Assembly (NCBI GenBank): GCA_963776345.1
Contig: CAVZMH010000024.1
Span: 32,001-96,000 of the forward strand
Direction of reading: 5' to 3'
DNA: 64,000 nucleotides
Source: an uncultured delta proteobacterium
GTDB taxonomy: Bacteria; Myxococcota; Myxococcia; Myxococcales; Myxococcaceae
Position 1 is the stretch's first letter. Each line of letters opens with the position of its first letter. This document shows, piece by piece, positions 18,938 to 28,381 of this stretch. The notes beneath the pieces are model-generated. The model had not been told where the DNA came from and ran no database searches. It saw only the letters and a program-made list of their open reading frames with translations. A program made the translations under genes and the position numbers.

Positions 18938-20688
18938 TGCTCGGCACGCACCTCATGACCCACCCCACTCGCTGGCCCGCGACCTTGGTCCTGCTCGTCC
19001 CGCTGCTGGGGGCGGCAGCGCCGCCGCCCGGCGCCTCCCGCGGCGCGTCCGTCTTCCTGGAGCGGTGCGTGCTCTGTCACACCGTCGAGCCCGGCGCGGC
19101 CGGCGGTCGGGGCCCGAACCTGCGCGGCGTGGTCGGGCGGAAGGCGGCGAGCACCGACTTCGGGTACTCGGCCGCGCTCACCCGCTGGGGCAAGACCTGG
19201 ACCCCCGAGCTGCTCCAGAAGTACCTGACGAACCCAGGTGCGCTCGTTCCGGGCACCACGATGGACCAGAAGGTCACCGACCGGGGCGAGCGCGCGGACC
19301 TCGTCGCCTACCTGAGAACGCTCGAGGCCTCGAAGCTCCCTCAGCCTCCGAGCGTGTCGGCTGGACCCTCGCCCCTTCCGGACGCAGGGGTGCCCGGGCA
19401 GGTCTCGGCGGGGGTGAGCGCTCCGGACGCGGGCGTTGGCTCCGTGCTCACCGGCCCCGCGGCGTTCGGCGACTGGCGGTCCGATGCGCCCGGCGTCCTG
19501 CGCCACATCCGCGTCGAGGACCTCCCGGTGCCCTTCGCCACCAGCTCGGCCCGGAACAGCCCCCGGATCGTCCCGAGGCCGGAAGGCGCATGGCCCCGCG
19601 CTCCACCGGGCTGGCGGGTGGACCTCTTCGCCGAGGGGCTCGAGGAGCCACGGCAGATCCGCATCGCTCCGGGCGGCGACGTCTTCATCGCCGAGACCGC
19701 CCGGGGGCGTATCCGGGTGCTCCGGGCGAGGGACGGCGCCCGGCGGGCCGAGCAGCGCTGGACCTTCGCCGACGGGCTCGACGGACCGTTCGGGATGGCG
19801 TTCTACCCGCCGGGCCCCGCGCCGCAGTGGCTGGTCGTCGCCGAGACCAACCGGGTGGTGCGCTTCCCGTACCGCGACGGGGACACCGCCGCTCGCGGCC
19901 GGCCCGAGGTCGTCGTCGCCCAGCTCGCGCCCACCAGCGGAGGCCACACCACCCGCGACGTCGTCTTCTCGCTCGACGGGAGGCGGATGTTCGTCTCGGT
20001 CGGGAGCCAGTCCAACGTGGCCGAGTGGATGGGCAAGAAGAGCGCCGAGGAGGTGCGGGCGTGGGAGTCCAACCGTCCGACCGGTGCGGCCTGGGGGCTC
20101 GAGGAGCGCCGGGCGAACGTCCTGGTCTTCGAGCCCGCGGGCGGGGAGGGCCGCATCTTCGCCACCGGCCTCCGCAACTGCGTGGGCATGGCGGTGCATC
20201 CGGCGACCGGGGACCTGTGGTGCTCCACCAACGAGCGCGATGGGATGGGGGACGACCTGGTGCCCGACCACGTCACCCGGGTGCGCGAGGGCGCCTACTA
20301 CGGCTGGCCGTGGTACTGGCTCGGCAACCACGAGGAGCCGCGGCTCGGGGGCCACCGTCCCGACCTGGCCGGGAAGGCCACCGTGCCCGACGTGCTGCTC
20401 CAGGCGCACTCGGCCTCGCTCGGCATGACCTTCCGGGAGGGGGACGGATTCGCCGCGGAGCACGGCTCGTGGAACCGTGAGCGACGCACCGGCTACAAGG
20501 TCATCCGCATCCCGACGCGGAACGGGGTGCCCACCGGCGAGTACGAGGACTTCTTGACCGGGTTCGTGGTCGACGCGCGCAACGTCTGGGGCCGCCCGGT
20601 GGGGGTGGCGGTGGCGCACGACGGTGCGCTGCTGGTGACCGAGGACGCGGGCGGAACCGTGTGGCGGGTGGCACCGGCGTCTCCTTGA
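18937..20688 (+). CDS. Cytochrome c fused to a PQQ-dependent sugar/sorbosone dehydrogenase beta-propeller
   Basis: Signal peptide; CVLCH...GPNL...PGTTM; then GLRN, TNERD, YGWP, HGSWNR, GRPVGV. Confidence 0.85.
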   Translation: MLGTHLMTHPTRWPATLVLLVPLLGAAAPPPGASRGASVFLERCVLCHTVEPGAAGGRGPNLRGVVGRKAASTDFGYSAALTRWGKTWTPELLQKYLTNPGALVPGTTMDQKVTDRGERADLVAYLRTLEASKLPQPPSVSAGPSPLPDAGVPGQVSAGVSAPDAGVGSVLTGPAAFGDWRSDAPGVLRHIRVEDLPVPFATSSARNSPRIVPRPEGAWPRAPPGWRVDLFAEGLEEPRQIRIAPGGDVFIAETARGRIRVLRARDGARRAEQRWTFADGLDGPFGMAFYPPGPAPQWLVVAETNRVVRFPYRDGDTAARGRPEVVVAQLAPTSGGHTTRDVVFSLDGRRMFVSVGSQSNVAEWMGKKSAEEVRAWESNRPTGAAWGLEERRANVLVFEPAGGEGRIFATGLRNCVGMAVHPATGDLWCSTNERDGMGDDLVPDHVTRVREGAYYGWPWYWLGNHEEPRLGGHRPDLAGKATVPDVLLQAHSASLGMTFREGDGFAAEHGSWNRERRTGYKVIRIPTRNGVPTGEYEDFLTGFVVDARNVWGRPVGVAVAHDGALLVTEDAGGTVWRVAPASP

Positions 20689-20744
20689 CGGTGGGGGGAA
20701 TTCCGGGTGGGCGCTCGTCTGCCCGCCGTGCTCTGCTGCTCGCC

Positions 20745-23468
20745 GTGCGCCGGCGCGTCTTCGTGGTGGCAGGCGAGTACGGGAGCAACCCCCGGTTCCT
20801 GACCGCGGAGCGGCGCTCATCCGAGTTCCTCTCCGAGCCCGCACCGGAGCCCGAGGCCGCCGAGCTGGCGCGGCTGTTCTTCCGCTACCCCAACCGGAGC
20901 GACGACGGCCGCGCCCGGCCGGCCGACTGGGAGCGTGACTACGGCCTGACCGAGCCGGTGACGCTCACCGACCTGCTGGCCTCGGCGGGACACCGGGCGC
21001 TGTCCAGCCTCCACGCGCTGCTCGGGGACGCGAGCTACCGCGGGACCTGCGATCGCATCACCGACCTGTTCGTCACCTGCATGCCGGGGCTCGATCCCAA
21101 CGAGCGGATGAACGTGGGACTCGTGCCGCAGACGCTCCAGGCGACGCTCCAGCTCTCGCGTCGTGCGCGGTGCCAGTTCCTGGCCGGCACCTCGGACAGC
21201 GGGGCGTGGGCCTTCGCCCAGGCGGTGCGGGCGGCCCGGTCCGCCGAGCGCGGGGCGACCGTCCTGGTGGTCGCCGGGCAGATCCTCCCCTCGGGCTACG
21301 CCTCGCAGTACCAGATCCGCACCGTGCTCGGGGACCTCGACCAGGCGCGCGGGCTGGACATGCTGGTCGTCGGCGACCTCCTGATGGACTGCATGCGCCG
21401 GAACCTCGGGGTCTCGCGCCAGGCGATCGAGGCCGCGCTGGCGACCATCTCGATGCGCAAGTTCCAGGCGGCGGGCGCCTACCCGGCGGCGATGCTCTCC
21501 GGACGCCTCCCTCGCCGGAGCACCCGGCGGACGCCCTACTTCGACGGCGACGACATCGCCGCCCCGTGCTGCGGCGCAGCCGCCACGCTGGTCACCTCCG
21601 ACGAGGATCTGGTGGCGCAGGTGCTCGCCGCCCGTTCGCCCCGCCACGCCGGCTCGCCGGTGGTGGAGGTGCTCGGGGTGGGGGAGGGGAGCAGCAACCC
21701 GAGCTTCCTCGAGCGGCAGTCTCCGCTGATCTTCGCCACCGCCATCCGGGAGGCCTTCGCCGCGACCGCCGACGACGCGGCGGTGAGGCCGGCCACGTTC
21801 CCCGGCGCCGGGTTCGGGGTGGTGCACGACGCCTTCCCCAGCATCGAGCTGGCCTTCCTGCTCGGGATGGGCCTCGACTGGCACCGGGCGGTGGAGCGGA
21901 TGCGCGACGGGTGGAGCAACCCGTACGGGGGGCTCCTGACCTTCGGCCACGCGCTCGGGGCGTCGGGCCTGGTGCAGGTGAACAAGACGCAGCACGTCTT
22001 CAGCGGAGACCGGCGGCATCTCCGTCCCATTCCGTCGGGGCCGGGGCCGCTGCCCGGGACGCTGGCCTTCACCACCTCGGTGGGAGGACCGCTCTCGCAC
22101 ATCGTGGTCTCGCTCTTCCGGGGAGGGAGCGGAGAGCTGCCGCAGTCGGGCCGGACCAGCCCCTCGGCGGAGTGGACCGAGCGACGGCGGAAGCTCCGCC
22201 GGGCGCTCCCGGTGCATCTCGGGCGGGTGGAGCGGGCGCTGGCCGGAGGTGGGCGGCCGATGCTGGTCGAGGGCGCGACCTACGTCAGCATCCGGAGCTG
22301 CCTCCGGGCGTTGAGGCCGGCGGACATCTCCGGGCTCACCTTCGACGGGGTGGAGGCGCTGGTCCGTCCCGAGTGCCTGGACGAGGTACGGGTCCGGTTG
22401 CGGGGGCTGGTGTCGGTGGTGGTGTCCGAGGCCGAGCGGCTCTCGTCACTCTTCGACGTGTTCCGCGTGCTCACCGACGAGCTCACCGCGATGGCGGACG
22501 ACTGGCGCGGGTCGGGCTGGTTCTCGCCGGAGGCCGGGGCGATGACGCCGGCGCGCCTGACCGAGCGGCTGAAGGAGTGTCTGCGCGTCCCGCTGGCCAT
22601 CCTCTGCGTGCGGGAGGACGGGCGCCTCTCGAGGGTGGTGCAGTTCCTCCCGAGGGACGGGCTCGGGTACGAGGCGCTCGAGGGGGTCGATCTGCTCGCC
22701 GAGCGCGATGGCGTGCTGCGTGCGGTCTCCGGCCCGGACGCGGCGCTGCTGTTGCCGTGGTGGAACGTGCATGCCCGGCGCCCGTCGGACGGCGGCGGCC
22801 CGGCGGTGACCGGCCCGGAACGCCTCGACGCGCTGTTCGGCCCGGGAGCGGAGTCGGTCCGGGAAGTCCCCGCAGATCTGGGATTGCTCCGCGAATGGGC
22901 GTTGCCCGAGCCGCGCCCCTGGGCGAAGGAGCTCGCCTCGGACGGCTCGTCGCGACCCGTGCTCCGGGCCGTGGCCTACGTCGCCCAGGTGGTCCCGCCG
23001 GCGCCGGATCGGCTCGCCGCGGCGCAGGAGGCGCTGGCGGAGGCGGCGCGCGAGGCCCAGGGGTGGCTCGGACGGTGGCAGTTCGCCATCGCCCAGGCCG
23101 GGAGCCGGCTGTGGATGACCGGCGTCTCGGCCGCGGCGACCGACGCGACGGACCTCCTGCGCTTCGCCCGGGAGGTGGCGCGGGCTGCGGCGGTCTCCGG
23201 CCTTCAAGTTCGCGCGGCGCTGGCGACCGGGACGGGGACGCTGTTCGAGGACGTGCACGGGCGGCCGGCGGTGGCCTCCGAGCTCACGGTGCGCGCGGTC
23301 GAGGCGCTCGGGGCGCTGGACCGTTCCATTCCCGCGGGGGAGCCCGGCCCGGCCGCGGTCCTCGCGCTGACGATGGACGAGGTGGACGGGCCGCTCGGCG
23401 ACGCGGAGACCGCCGGGTGGCACACGGCGGCGACGAGCGGGGGCGTCCGGCTGTTCGTGCTCGAGTAG
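20745..23468 (+). CDS. Thiolase-fold protein with a long C-terminal extension (degenerate cyclase-like tail)
   Basis: GAAATLVTS, VHDAFPSIE, NPYGGLLTFGHALGASG; uninterrupted ~907-aa ORF. Confidence 0.7.
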   Translation: MRRRVFVVAGEYGSNPRFLTAERRSSEFLSEPAPEPEAAELARLFFRYPNRSDDGRARPADWERDYGLTEPVTLTDLLASAGHRALSSLHALLGDASYRGTCDRITDLFVTCMPGLDPNERMNVGLVPQTLQATLQLSRRARCQFLAGTSDSGAWAFAQAVRAARSAERGATVLVVAGQILPSGYASQYQIRTVLGDLDQARGLDMLVVGDLLMDCMRRNLGVSRQAIEAALATISMRKFQAAGAYPAAMLSGRLPRRSTRRTPYFDGDDIAAPCCGAAATLVTSDEDLVAQVLAARSPRHAGSPVVEVLGVGEGSSNPSFLERQSPLIFATAIREAFAATADDAAVRPATFPGAGFGVVHDAFPSIELAFLLGMGLDWHRAVERMRDGWSNPYGGLLTFGHALGASGLVQVNKTQHVFSGDRRHLRPIPSGPGPLPGTLAFTTSVGGPLSHIVVSLFRGGSGELPQSGRTSPSAEWTERRRKLRRALPVHLGRVERALAGGGRPMLVEGATYVSIRSCLRALRPADISGLTFDGVEALVRPECLDEVRVRLRGLVSVVVSEAERLSSLFDVFRVLTDELTAMADDWRGSGWFSPEAGAMTPARLTERLKECLRVPLAILCVREDGRLSRVVQFLPRDGLGYEALEGVDLLAERDGVLRAVSGPDAALLLPWWNVHARRPSDGGGPAVTGPERLDALFGPGAESVREVPADLGLLREWALPEPRPWAKELASDGSSRPVLRAVAYVAQVVPPAPDRLAAAQEALAEAAREAQGWLGRWQFAIAQAGSRLWMTGVSAAATDATDLLRFAREVARAAAVSGLQVRAALATGTGTLFEDVHGRPAVASELTVRAVEALGALDRSIPAGEPGPAAVLALTMDEVDGPLGDAETAGWHTAATSGGVRLFVLE

Positions 23469-23471
23469 TCC

Positions 23472-25313
23472 TCAGGGGTGGAGGGCGTCGAACCTGGCAC
23501 GCGCCGGGAGGACGGCGGTCTTGGTCGCTCCAAGCGCGTCGACCCACGGCCAGGGGTTACTGCCGAAGAAGTCCGGCTTCCTCGCGAGGTAGAGCGAGTC
23601 CGGCACGGGCTGCTCCGGCCGGTCCCAGTGGACCTGGTTGGTGACGTAGTCGTAGTTCCCGTCGCGGATGACGGTGCCGAGCACCGTCGCATCCTCGGAG
23701 CGGTTCCAGTCGGTGGGGTTGTACCCGAGCTGCCACATCGGGGTGTTGTCGGTCTGCCACGGGGAGGCGGTGACGCCCGAGCCGTAGATGAACGGTCCGG
23801 GCGTGCCCACGCCCTGCGAGCGCGCCGGAGGGATGCTCTGCCCGCTGCTCCCGAGCACGTTCCCGATGAAGGTGTAATAGCGGTGGCCGGTCATCAGGCC
23901 GATGGCCCGCCGGTTCTGGGTGTCCTCGTAGACCAGGCCCCCGCTGCTGTAGGTGTCGAGCGGCGAGGCGGCCCGGCGGATCCCGGTGAGGTGGTTGCGG
24001 AAGACGGTGATGTAGACCGCGTTTCCCCAGGTGGAGTCGCCGTCGAAGTTGAAGCTCTGGTTGCCCTCGAAGAGCTCGTAGTTGGGGGTCGTCATGTGCG
24101 AGGCGTTGAGCCCCACCTCGACCCAGCAGGCCTGGTAGTCGATCCACCCGTCATCCATGTCGTTGTAGGCGATGACGTTGCCGCCCCCGGTGGCCCGCAT
24201 CACCATCACCTTGTTGAAGTTCCAGGAGATGTTGTTCTCGATCAGGTTGTCCGAGGCGTGCCAGTTCATCGCCAGGCCGTAGCCGCCGCCGCCAGGGCTG
24301 GGGTTCACCGTCTCGTGGAGGTACGAGTCGCGCAGCACCGAGCGGAAGGTGCCGGTCATCGCCACGTCCGAGCCGTCGCTCTTGTCCGCCTCGATGTTGC
24401 GCATCCAGCAGTAGGCGCACCAGTTCATCGAGACGTTGGCCCCGTTGTCTCCGCCCTTGCCGCCGGTGAGCCGCAGGTCCTCGATTCCCGCGTTGCGGAT
24501 CGCCGCCACCACCGGGCCGCTGCCCGAGCTGCTGCTGGAGAGCCGGAGCAGCTGGGCGGAGTTGGCGGTCTTGTAGGTCATGTGGAACGGGGTGGTGAAG
24601 GTGACGGTGGTTCCGTTGACCGAGGCCACCTCCAGAACCTGCCCGGTGGGGCGGCCGGCCGCCTCGCCCTGTGAGCCGGGGCCGCGGGCGAACCAGCCGC
24701 GGCTCGCCCCTCCGGGGCCGTCGTCCTGGTCGCCCCACACGGTGACCTGGGGGTCGTCGAGCTGGTCCACCACCACCAGCTCGCCCGCGTTGAGCGCGAG
24801 AGCGCTGACCAGGGTGGCGGTGAAGGAGTCCTTCACCGCGTCCGCCGCCAGGTTGGTGATCTGGGTGAATCCCGACTGGCCGGGATCGAAGGCGATGTTG
24901 GTCCGGCCCCCGGTCTGCTGGAGGGTGGTCTGCGACGCGCCGGCACCGGGGCCGCCCGAACCCCGGAGCACCACGGTGGAGGGGATGTTGATCGTCCGGC
25001 CGATCTTGAAGGTCCCCGCGTCGAGCTTGACCACCTTGTTGGCGCCGCAGGCGTTGATCGCCGACTGGATCGCCGAGGCGTCATCGCCACCGCTGGGGGA
25101 CAAGGTGGCGCAGATGGGCCAGCTGGCGCTGGGGATGCCGCCGACGGAGTTCAACCCGGGGTTCCACGTCGTCGCCCGGTCGGCGGGAAGGATGGTCACC
25201 GGGCCGCCCGGACCCGTGGGGCCGCTCGAGGACACCTGGCCAGTGCAGCCGAGCCCTCCCGCCACGACTGCCAGGGTTGCCCCCGCCCATCTTCCGAGAG
25301 AGCGCTGCTGCAT
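23472..25313 (-). CDS. Lipoprotein with a pectin-lyase-like right-handed beta-helix (putative polysaccharide-active enzyme)
   Basis: LGC lipobox; DDASAIQSAINAC..VVKLDAGTF; Asn-rich repeats (DNLIENN, GNVIAYN, ELFEGN). Confidence 0.7.
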   Translation of the reverse strand: MQQRSLGRWAGATLAVVAGGLGCTGQVSSSGPTGPGGPVTILPADRATTWNPGLNSVGGIPSASWPICATLSPSGGDDASAIQSAINACGANKVVKLDAGTFKIGRTINIPSTVVLRGSGGPGAGASQTTLQQTGGRTNIAFDPGQSGFTQITNLAADAVKDSFTATLVSALALNAGELVVVDQLDDPQVTVWGDQDDGPGGASRGWFARGPGSQGEAAGRPTGQVLEVASVNGTTVTFTTPFHMTYKTANSAQLLRLSSSSSGSGPVVAAIRNAGIEDLRLTGGKGGDNGANVSMNWCAYCWMRNIEADKSDGSDVAMTGTFRSVLRDSYLHETVNPSPGGGGYGLAMNWHASDNLIENNISWNFNKVMVMRATGGGNVIAYNDMDDGWIDYQACWVEVGLNASHMTTPNYELFEGNQSFNFDGDSTWGNAVYITVFRNHLTGIRRAASPLDTYSSGGLVYEDTQNRRAIGLMTGHRYYTFIGNVLGSSGQSIPPARSQGVGTPGPFIYGSGVTASPWQTDNTPMWQLGYNPTDWNRSEDATVLGTVIRDGNYDYVTNQVHWDRPEQPVPDSLYLARKPDFFGSNPWPWVDALGATKTAVLPARARFDALHP

Positions 25314-25800
25314 GATCCAGTGTCCTCTGAGTCCGCCTTCGTCAGAGCCGACGAACGTCCGACGGGTGAATCCCGGATCGAGGCTCCGGAGCAACCATTT
25401 TCTCGTCCCGCGCGTGAAGCCGAGGGTGGGACACCACACCTTGCACATCGTTGCCGGGAAATTTCGATCCTCATCGCGTCCTTGGACCGAGCGGACGAGC
25501 GAGGGAACGCCCTGCAACCTTCCGCGACGAGGCGCTCGGCGCGCTGGACCGTTGCATTCCCGCCGGGGAGCCCCGTGCTGGAGTGAGGGTCCGTCTTGAC
25601 CTGCGGCGGCGCGCTCGGACGAGGGCAAGTCGACCGCGCGGCCGTTCGACCCGCGGCGCCGGTTCGCAACGCAGCTTGGCTCCTGGGGACGCGGAGGGCC
25701 GGGGCCGTCGCGCGCGGGCTCGTCCGGACGGCCTGCGCGAGCGGGTGCGCTCTGATTCGGGGCCACGGTGGTGCACGCGCGCGCTCCGGCACCCCCAAAG

Positions 25801-25876
25801 GGGGTTCGACTATTCAGGTAAGTCACCTGTCTATTTCCCAGAAATAGTCAGGCGCATTTCCTGTCTAGTCGACCCC
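25801..25876. repeat. AT-rich palindromic element, copy 1 (REP-doublet-like)
   Basis: Core CCTGTCTATTTC-CCA-GAAATAGTCAGG within a longer imperfect inverted repeat GGGGTTCGACTA...TAGTCGACCCC. Confidence 0.7.
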
Positions 25877-25954
25877 TCAGGCCGCCGGCCCGTGTCCCGG
25901 GCGAACTCAGTCCAGAGAGGCGCAGCGCCGTCTCCGGGCAGGACAGCGCCCGAG

Positions 25955-26674
25955 CTACAGCGCCGCCTCGCCGAGGAACTTCTCCTTCACCCGAGCGTCC
26001 CCGAGCAGGTCCTTGGTCGGCCCGCTCAGCGTCAGGCGCCCGGTCTCCAGCACGAAGCCGCGGTTCGCCAGCGCCAGCGCCTGGTGCACGTTCTGCTCCA
26101 CCAGGAGCACGGTCACGCCGCGGCCGTTGATCTCCTTGAGCGCGGCGAACACCTGCCGGACGAGCATCGGAGCCAGGCCCAGCGACGGCTCGTCCAGCAT
26201 CAGCAGCTTCGGCCGCGCCATCAGCCCCCGCCCGATGGCGCACATCTGCTGCTCGCCCCCGCTCAGCGTGCCCGCGTTCTGGTGCGCGCGTTGCTCGAGG
26301 ATGGGAAACATCTCCAGCACCGTGCGCAGCGTCTCCTTGCGCTGCGCGCGGGCCTCCTTCCCGTACGCGCCCATCTCCAGGTTCTCGCGCACCGTCATCT
26401 GCGGCCAGAGCTGCCGCGCCTCGGGCACCAGCACCAGCCCCCGCTCGACCAGCCGATAGGGAGGGAGCCCCGTCACGTCCTCGCCCAGGAAGCGAATGGT
26501 GCCTCGCCGTGGCCTGAGCAGTCCGGCGATGGTCCGGAGCGTCGTGGTCTTGCCGGCGCCGTTCGCCCCCACCAGGGTCACGATCTCGCCCGGATCCACG
26601 TCGAACGACACGTCCCACACCGCCTGGACGTCCCGGTAGAAGACGTCGATCCCCTGGATCTCCAGCGCCTTCAC
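25955..26674 (-). CDS. livF: Branched-chain amino acid ABC ATPase
   Basis: GANGAGKTT, LSGGEQQM, LDEPSLGLAP, LLVEQN. Confidence 0.9.
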   Translation of the reverse strand: MKALEIQGIDVFYRDVQAVWDVSFDVDPGEIVTLVGANGAGKTTTLRTIAGLLRPRRGTIRFLGEDVTGLPPYRLVERGLVLVPEARQLWPQMTVRENLEMGAYGKEARAQRKETLRTVLEMFPILEQRAHQNAGTLSGGEQQMCAIGRGLMARPKLLMLDEPSLGLAPMLVRQVFAALKEINGRGVTVLLVEQNVHQALALANRGFVLETGRLTLSGPTKDLLGDARVKEKFLGEAAL

Positions 26675-27420
26675 GCCCGGGCCTCCGCGTCGTCCCCGAG
26701 GTAGGCCGCCACCACCGCAGGGTCGCGGAGCGCCTCCGCTGGGCGGCCCTCGGCGATCTTCTTCCCGAAGTTCAGCACCACCAGCCGGTCCGACAGCCCC
26801 GCCACCGCGTGCACGTGGTGCTCGATCATCAAGATGGTCAGCCCCGAGTCCCGCAGGGCTCGGACCAGGACCATCGCCTGCTGGATCTCGGCCGGATTGA
26901 GCCCGCCCATCACCTCGTCCAGGCAGAGCACCTCGGGTCCGGTGGCCAGCGCCCGGGCGATCTCCAGCCGCTTCAGCTCGCCGATGCTCAGCACGCCCGC
27001 CTTCACCTGCGCCCGGTGCACGAGCTCGGTGCGCGCCAGCACCTCGTCCACCCGCTCCCGGGCCTTCGCGCCCCGGAGCCGCATCCGGCCGTAGAGCGCG
27101 CCCACCCGGATGTTGTCCGCCACCGTCATCTCCCGGAACGGGCGGACGATCTGGTGCGTGCGGACCAGCCCCCGGGCGACGATCTGGTCGTTGCGCAGCC
27201 CGGAGAGCTCCTCCCCGCGGAAGCGCACGCTCCCCGAGGTGGGCGTCACCGAGCCCACCAGGCAGGAGAAGAGGGTGGTCTTCCCCGCGCCGTTCGGGCC
27301 GATGACGCTGAAGATCTCCCCCCGCTGCACCTCGAACGACACCGAGTCCAGCGCCAGGAGCCCGCCGAAGCGCTTGCTCACCGAGCCGACCGCGAGGATG
27401 GGCGACCCGTCAGCCGGCAC
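26671..27420 (-). CDS. livG: Branched-chain amino acid ABC ATPase
   Basis: KRFGGL, GPNGAGKTT, LDEVMGGLN, AYLG. Confidence 0.9.
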   Translation of the reverse strand: MPADGSPILAVGSVSKRFGGLLALDSVSFEVQRGEIFSVIGPNGAGKTTLFSCLVGSVTPTSGSVRFRGEELSGLRNDQIVARGLVRTHQIVRPFREMTVADNIRVGALYGRMRLRGAKARERVDEVLARTELVHRAQVKAGVLSIGELKRLEIARALATGPEVLCLDEVMGGLNPAEIQQAMVLVRALRDSGLTILMIEHHVHAVAGLSDRLVVLNFGKKIAEGRPAEALRDPAVVAAYLGDDAEARA

Positions 27421-28381
27421 GGCCCGCCTCCGGGACCACCGGGGTCCGCCGGCCGGGCCGGAGCCCCACCAGCCGCTCCCAGAGACCCACGATGCCCCGC
27501 GGCTCGAAGAGCATCACCACGATCAGCAGGCCCCCATAGATGAAGAGGTACGAGTCGCGCAGCGCGGGGCTCGCCAGCAGCTTGATCCGCAAGTAGCTGA
27601 AGAGCACCGCCCCCAGCACCGGACCGGTCAGCGTCCCCATCCCGCCCACGATCGGCATCAGCACGATGGTCAGCGACAGCTGGAAGTCGAACACGTTCCC
27701 CGGGCTGATGTACTGGAAGTTGGTCGCGTACAGCCCCCCGGCGATGGCCACCAGCGCCGCGGAGATCGCGTGGGCCTGGAGCTTGGCCCGCGTCGAGTGC
27801 ACCCCCAGCGCCTCGGCCGCGTCGATGTCCTGGCGGATCGCCTCCAGCGCCAGCCCGAAGGCGTGCTGCCGGAGCCAGGCCACCAGCGCGAGCGTCACCA
27901 GCGCCAGGGCCGCCATGGCGTAGTAGTTGGCGCTGAAGTCGAACGCGGCCGGCGGCATCCGCACGCCGCTCGATCCCCCGGTGAATTCGAGCCCGGAGGC
28001 GATGACCCGGACCGCTTCCCCCACCCCGATGGTGGCGATGGTGAAGTAGGGACCGCGGAGCCGGAAGGTCGGCAGCCCCACCACCACGCTGAAGGCCACC
28101 GCCAGCGCCGCGCCCACCGGCAAGGTCAGCGCCGGCGACCAGCCCGCGTTGGCCAGGAGCACCGTGGTGTACGCCCCGATGCCCACGAACGCCGAGTACC
28201 CCAGCGAGACCTGCCCGGCGAACCCGCCGAGCAGGTTCCACGCCGAGGCGAGCACCACGAAGAACGCCATGTTCCAGAGGTCGTTCAGCGTCCCCCGCTC
28301 GGCGAACAGCGGCGCGAGCAGCAGTCCCGCAGCGAGCAGCGCCCCGGCCAGGAGCCCCGGATGGCGGCGGAGGAGGCCCAT
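27410..28381 (-). CDS. livM: Branched-chain amino acid ABC permease
   Basis: WNLLGGFAGQVSLG, RLRGPYF, GGMGTLTGPVLG. Confidence 0.88.
   Translation of the reverse strand: MGLLRRHPGLLAGALLAAGLLLAPLFAERGTLNDLWNMAFFVVLASAWNLLGGFAGQVSLGYSAFVGIGAYTTVLLANAGWSPALTLPVGAALAVAFSVVVGLPTFRLRGPYFTIATIGVGEAVRVIASGLEFTGGSSGVRMPPAAFDFSANYYAMAALALVTLALVAWLRQHAFGLALEAIRQDIDAAEALGVHSTRAKLQAHAISAALVAIAGGLYATNFQYISPGNVFDFQLSLTIVLMPIVGGMGTLTGPVLGAVLFSYLRIKLLASPALRDSYLFIYGGLLIVVMLFEPRGIVGLWERLVGLRPGRRTPVVPEAGRAG

Noticed and set aside
17685..20480. 931-aa ArsB 'fusion'
   Set aside because: Read-through caused by the frameshift near 18662; the tail is off-frame Arg/Pro-rich sequence
25435..25460. Possible sigma54 promoter for the beta-helix gene (minus strand CGGCAACGATGTGCA)
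   Set aside because: GG-to-GC spacing is 9 nt instead of the required 10
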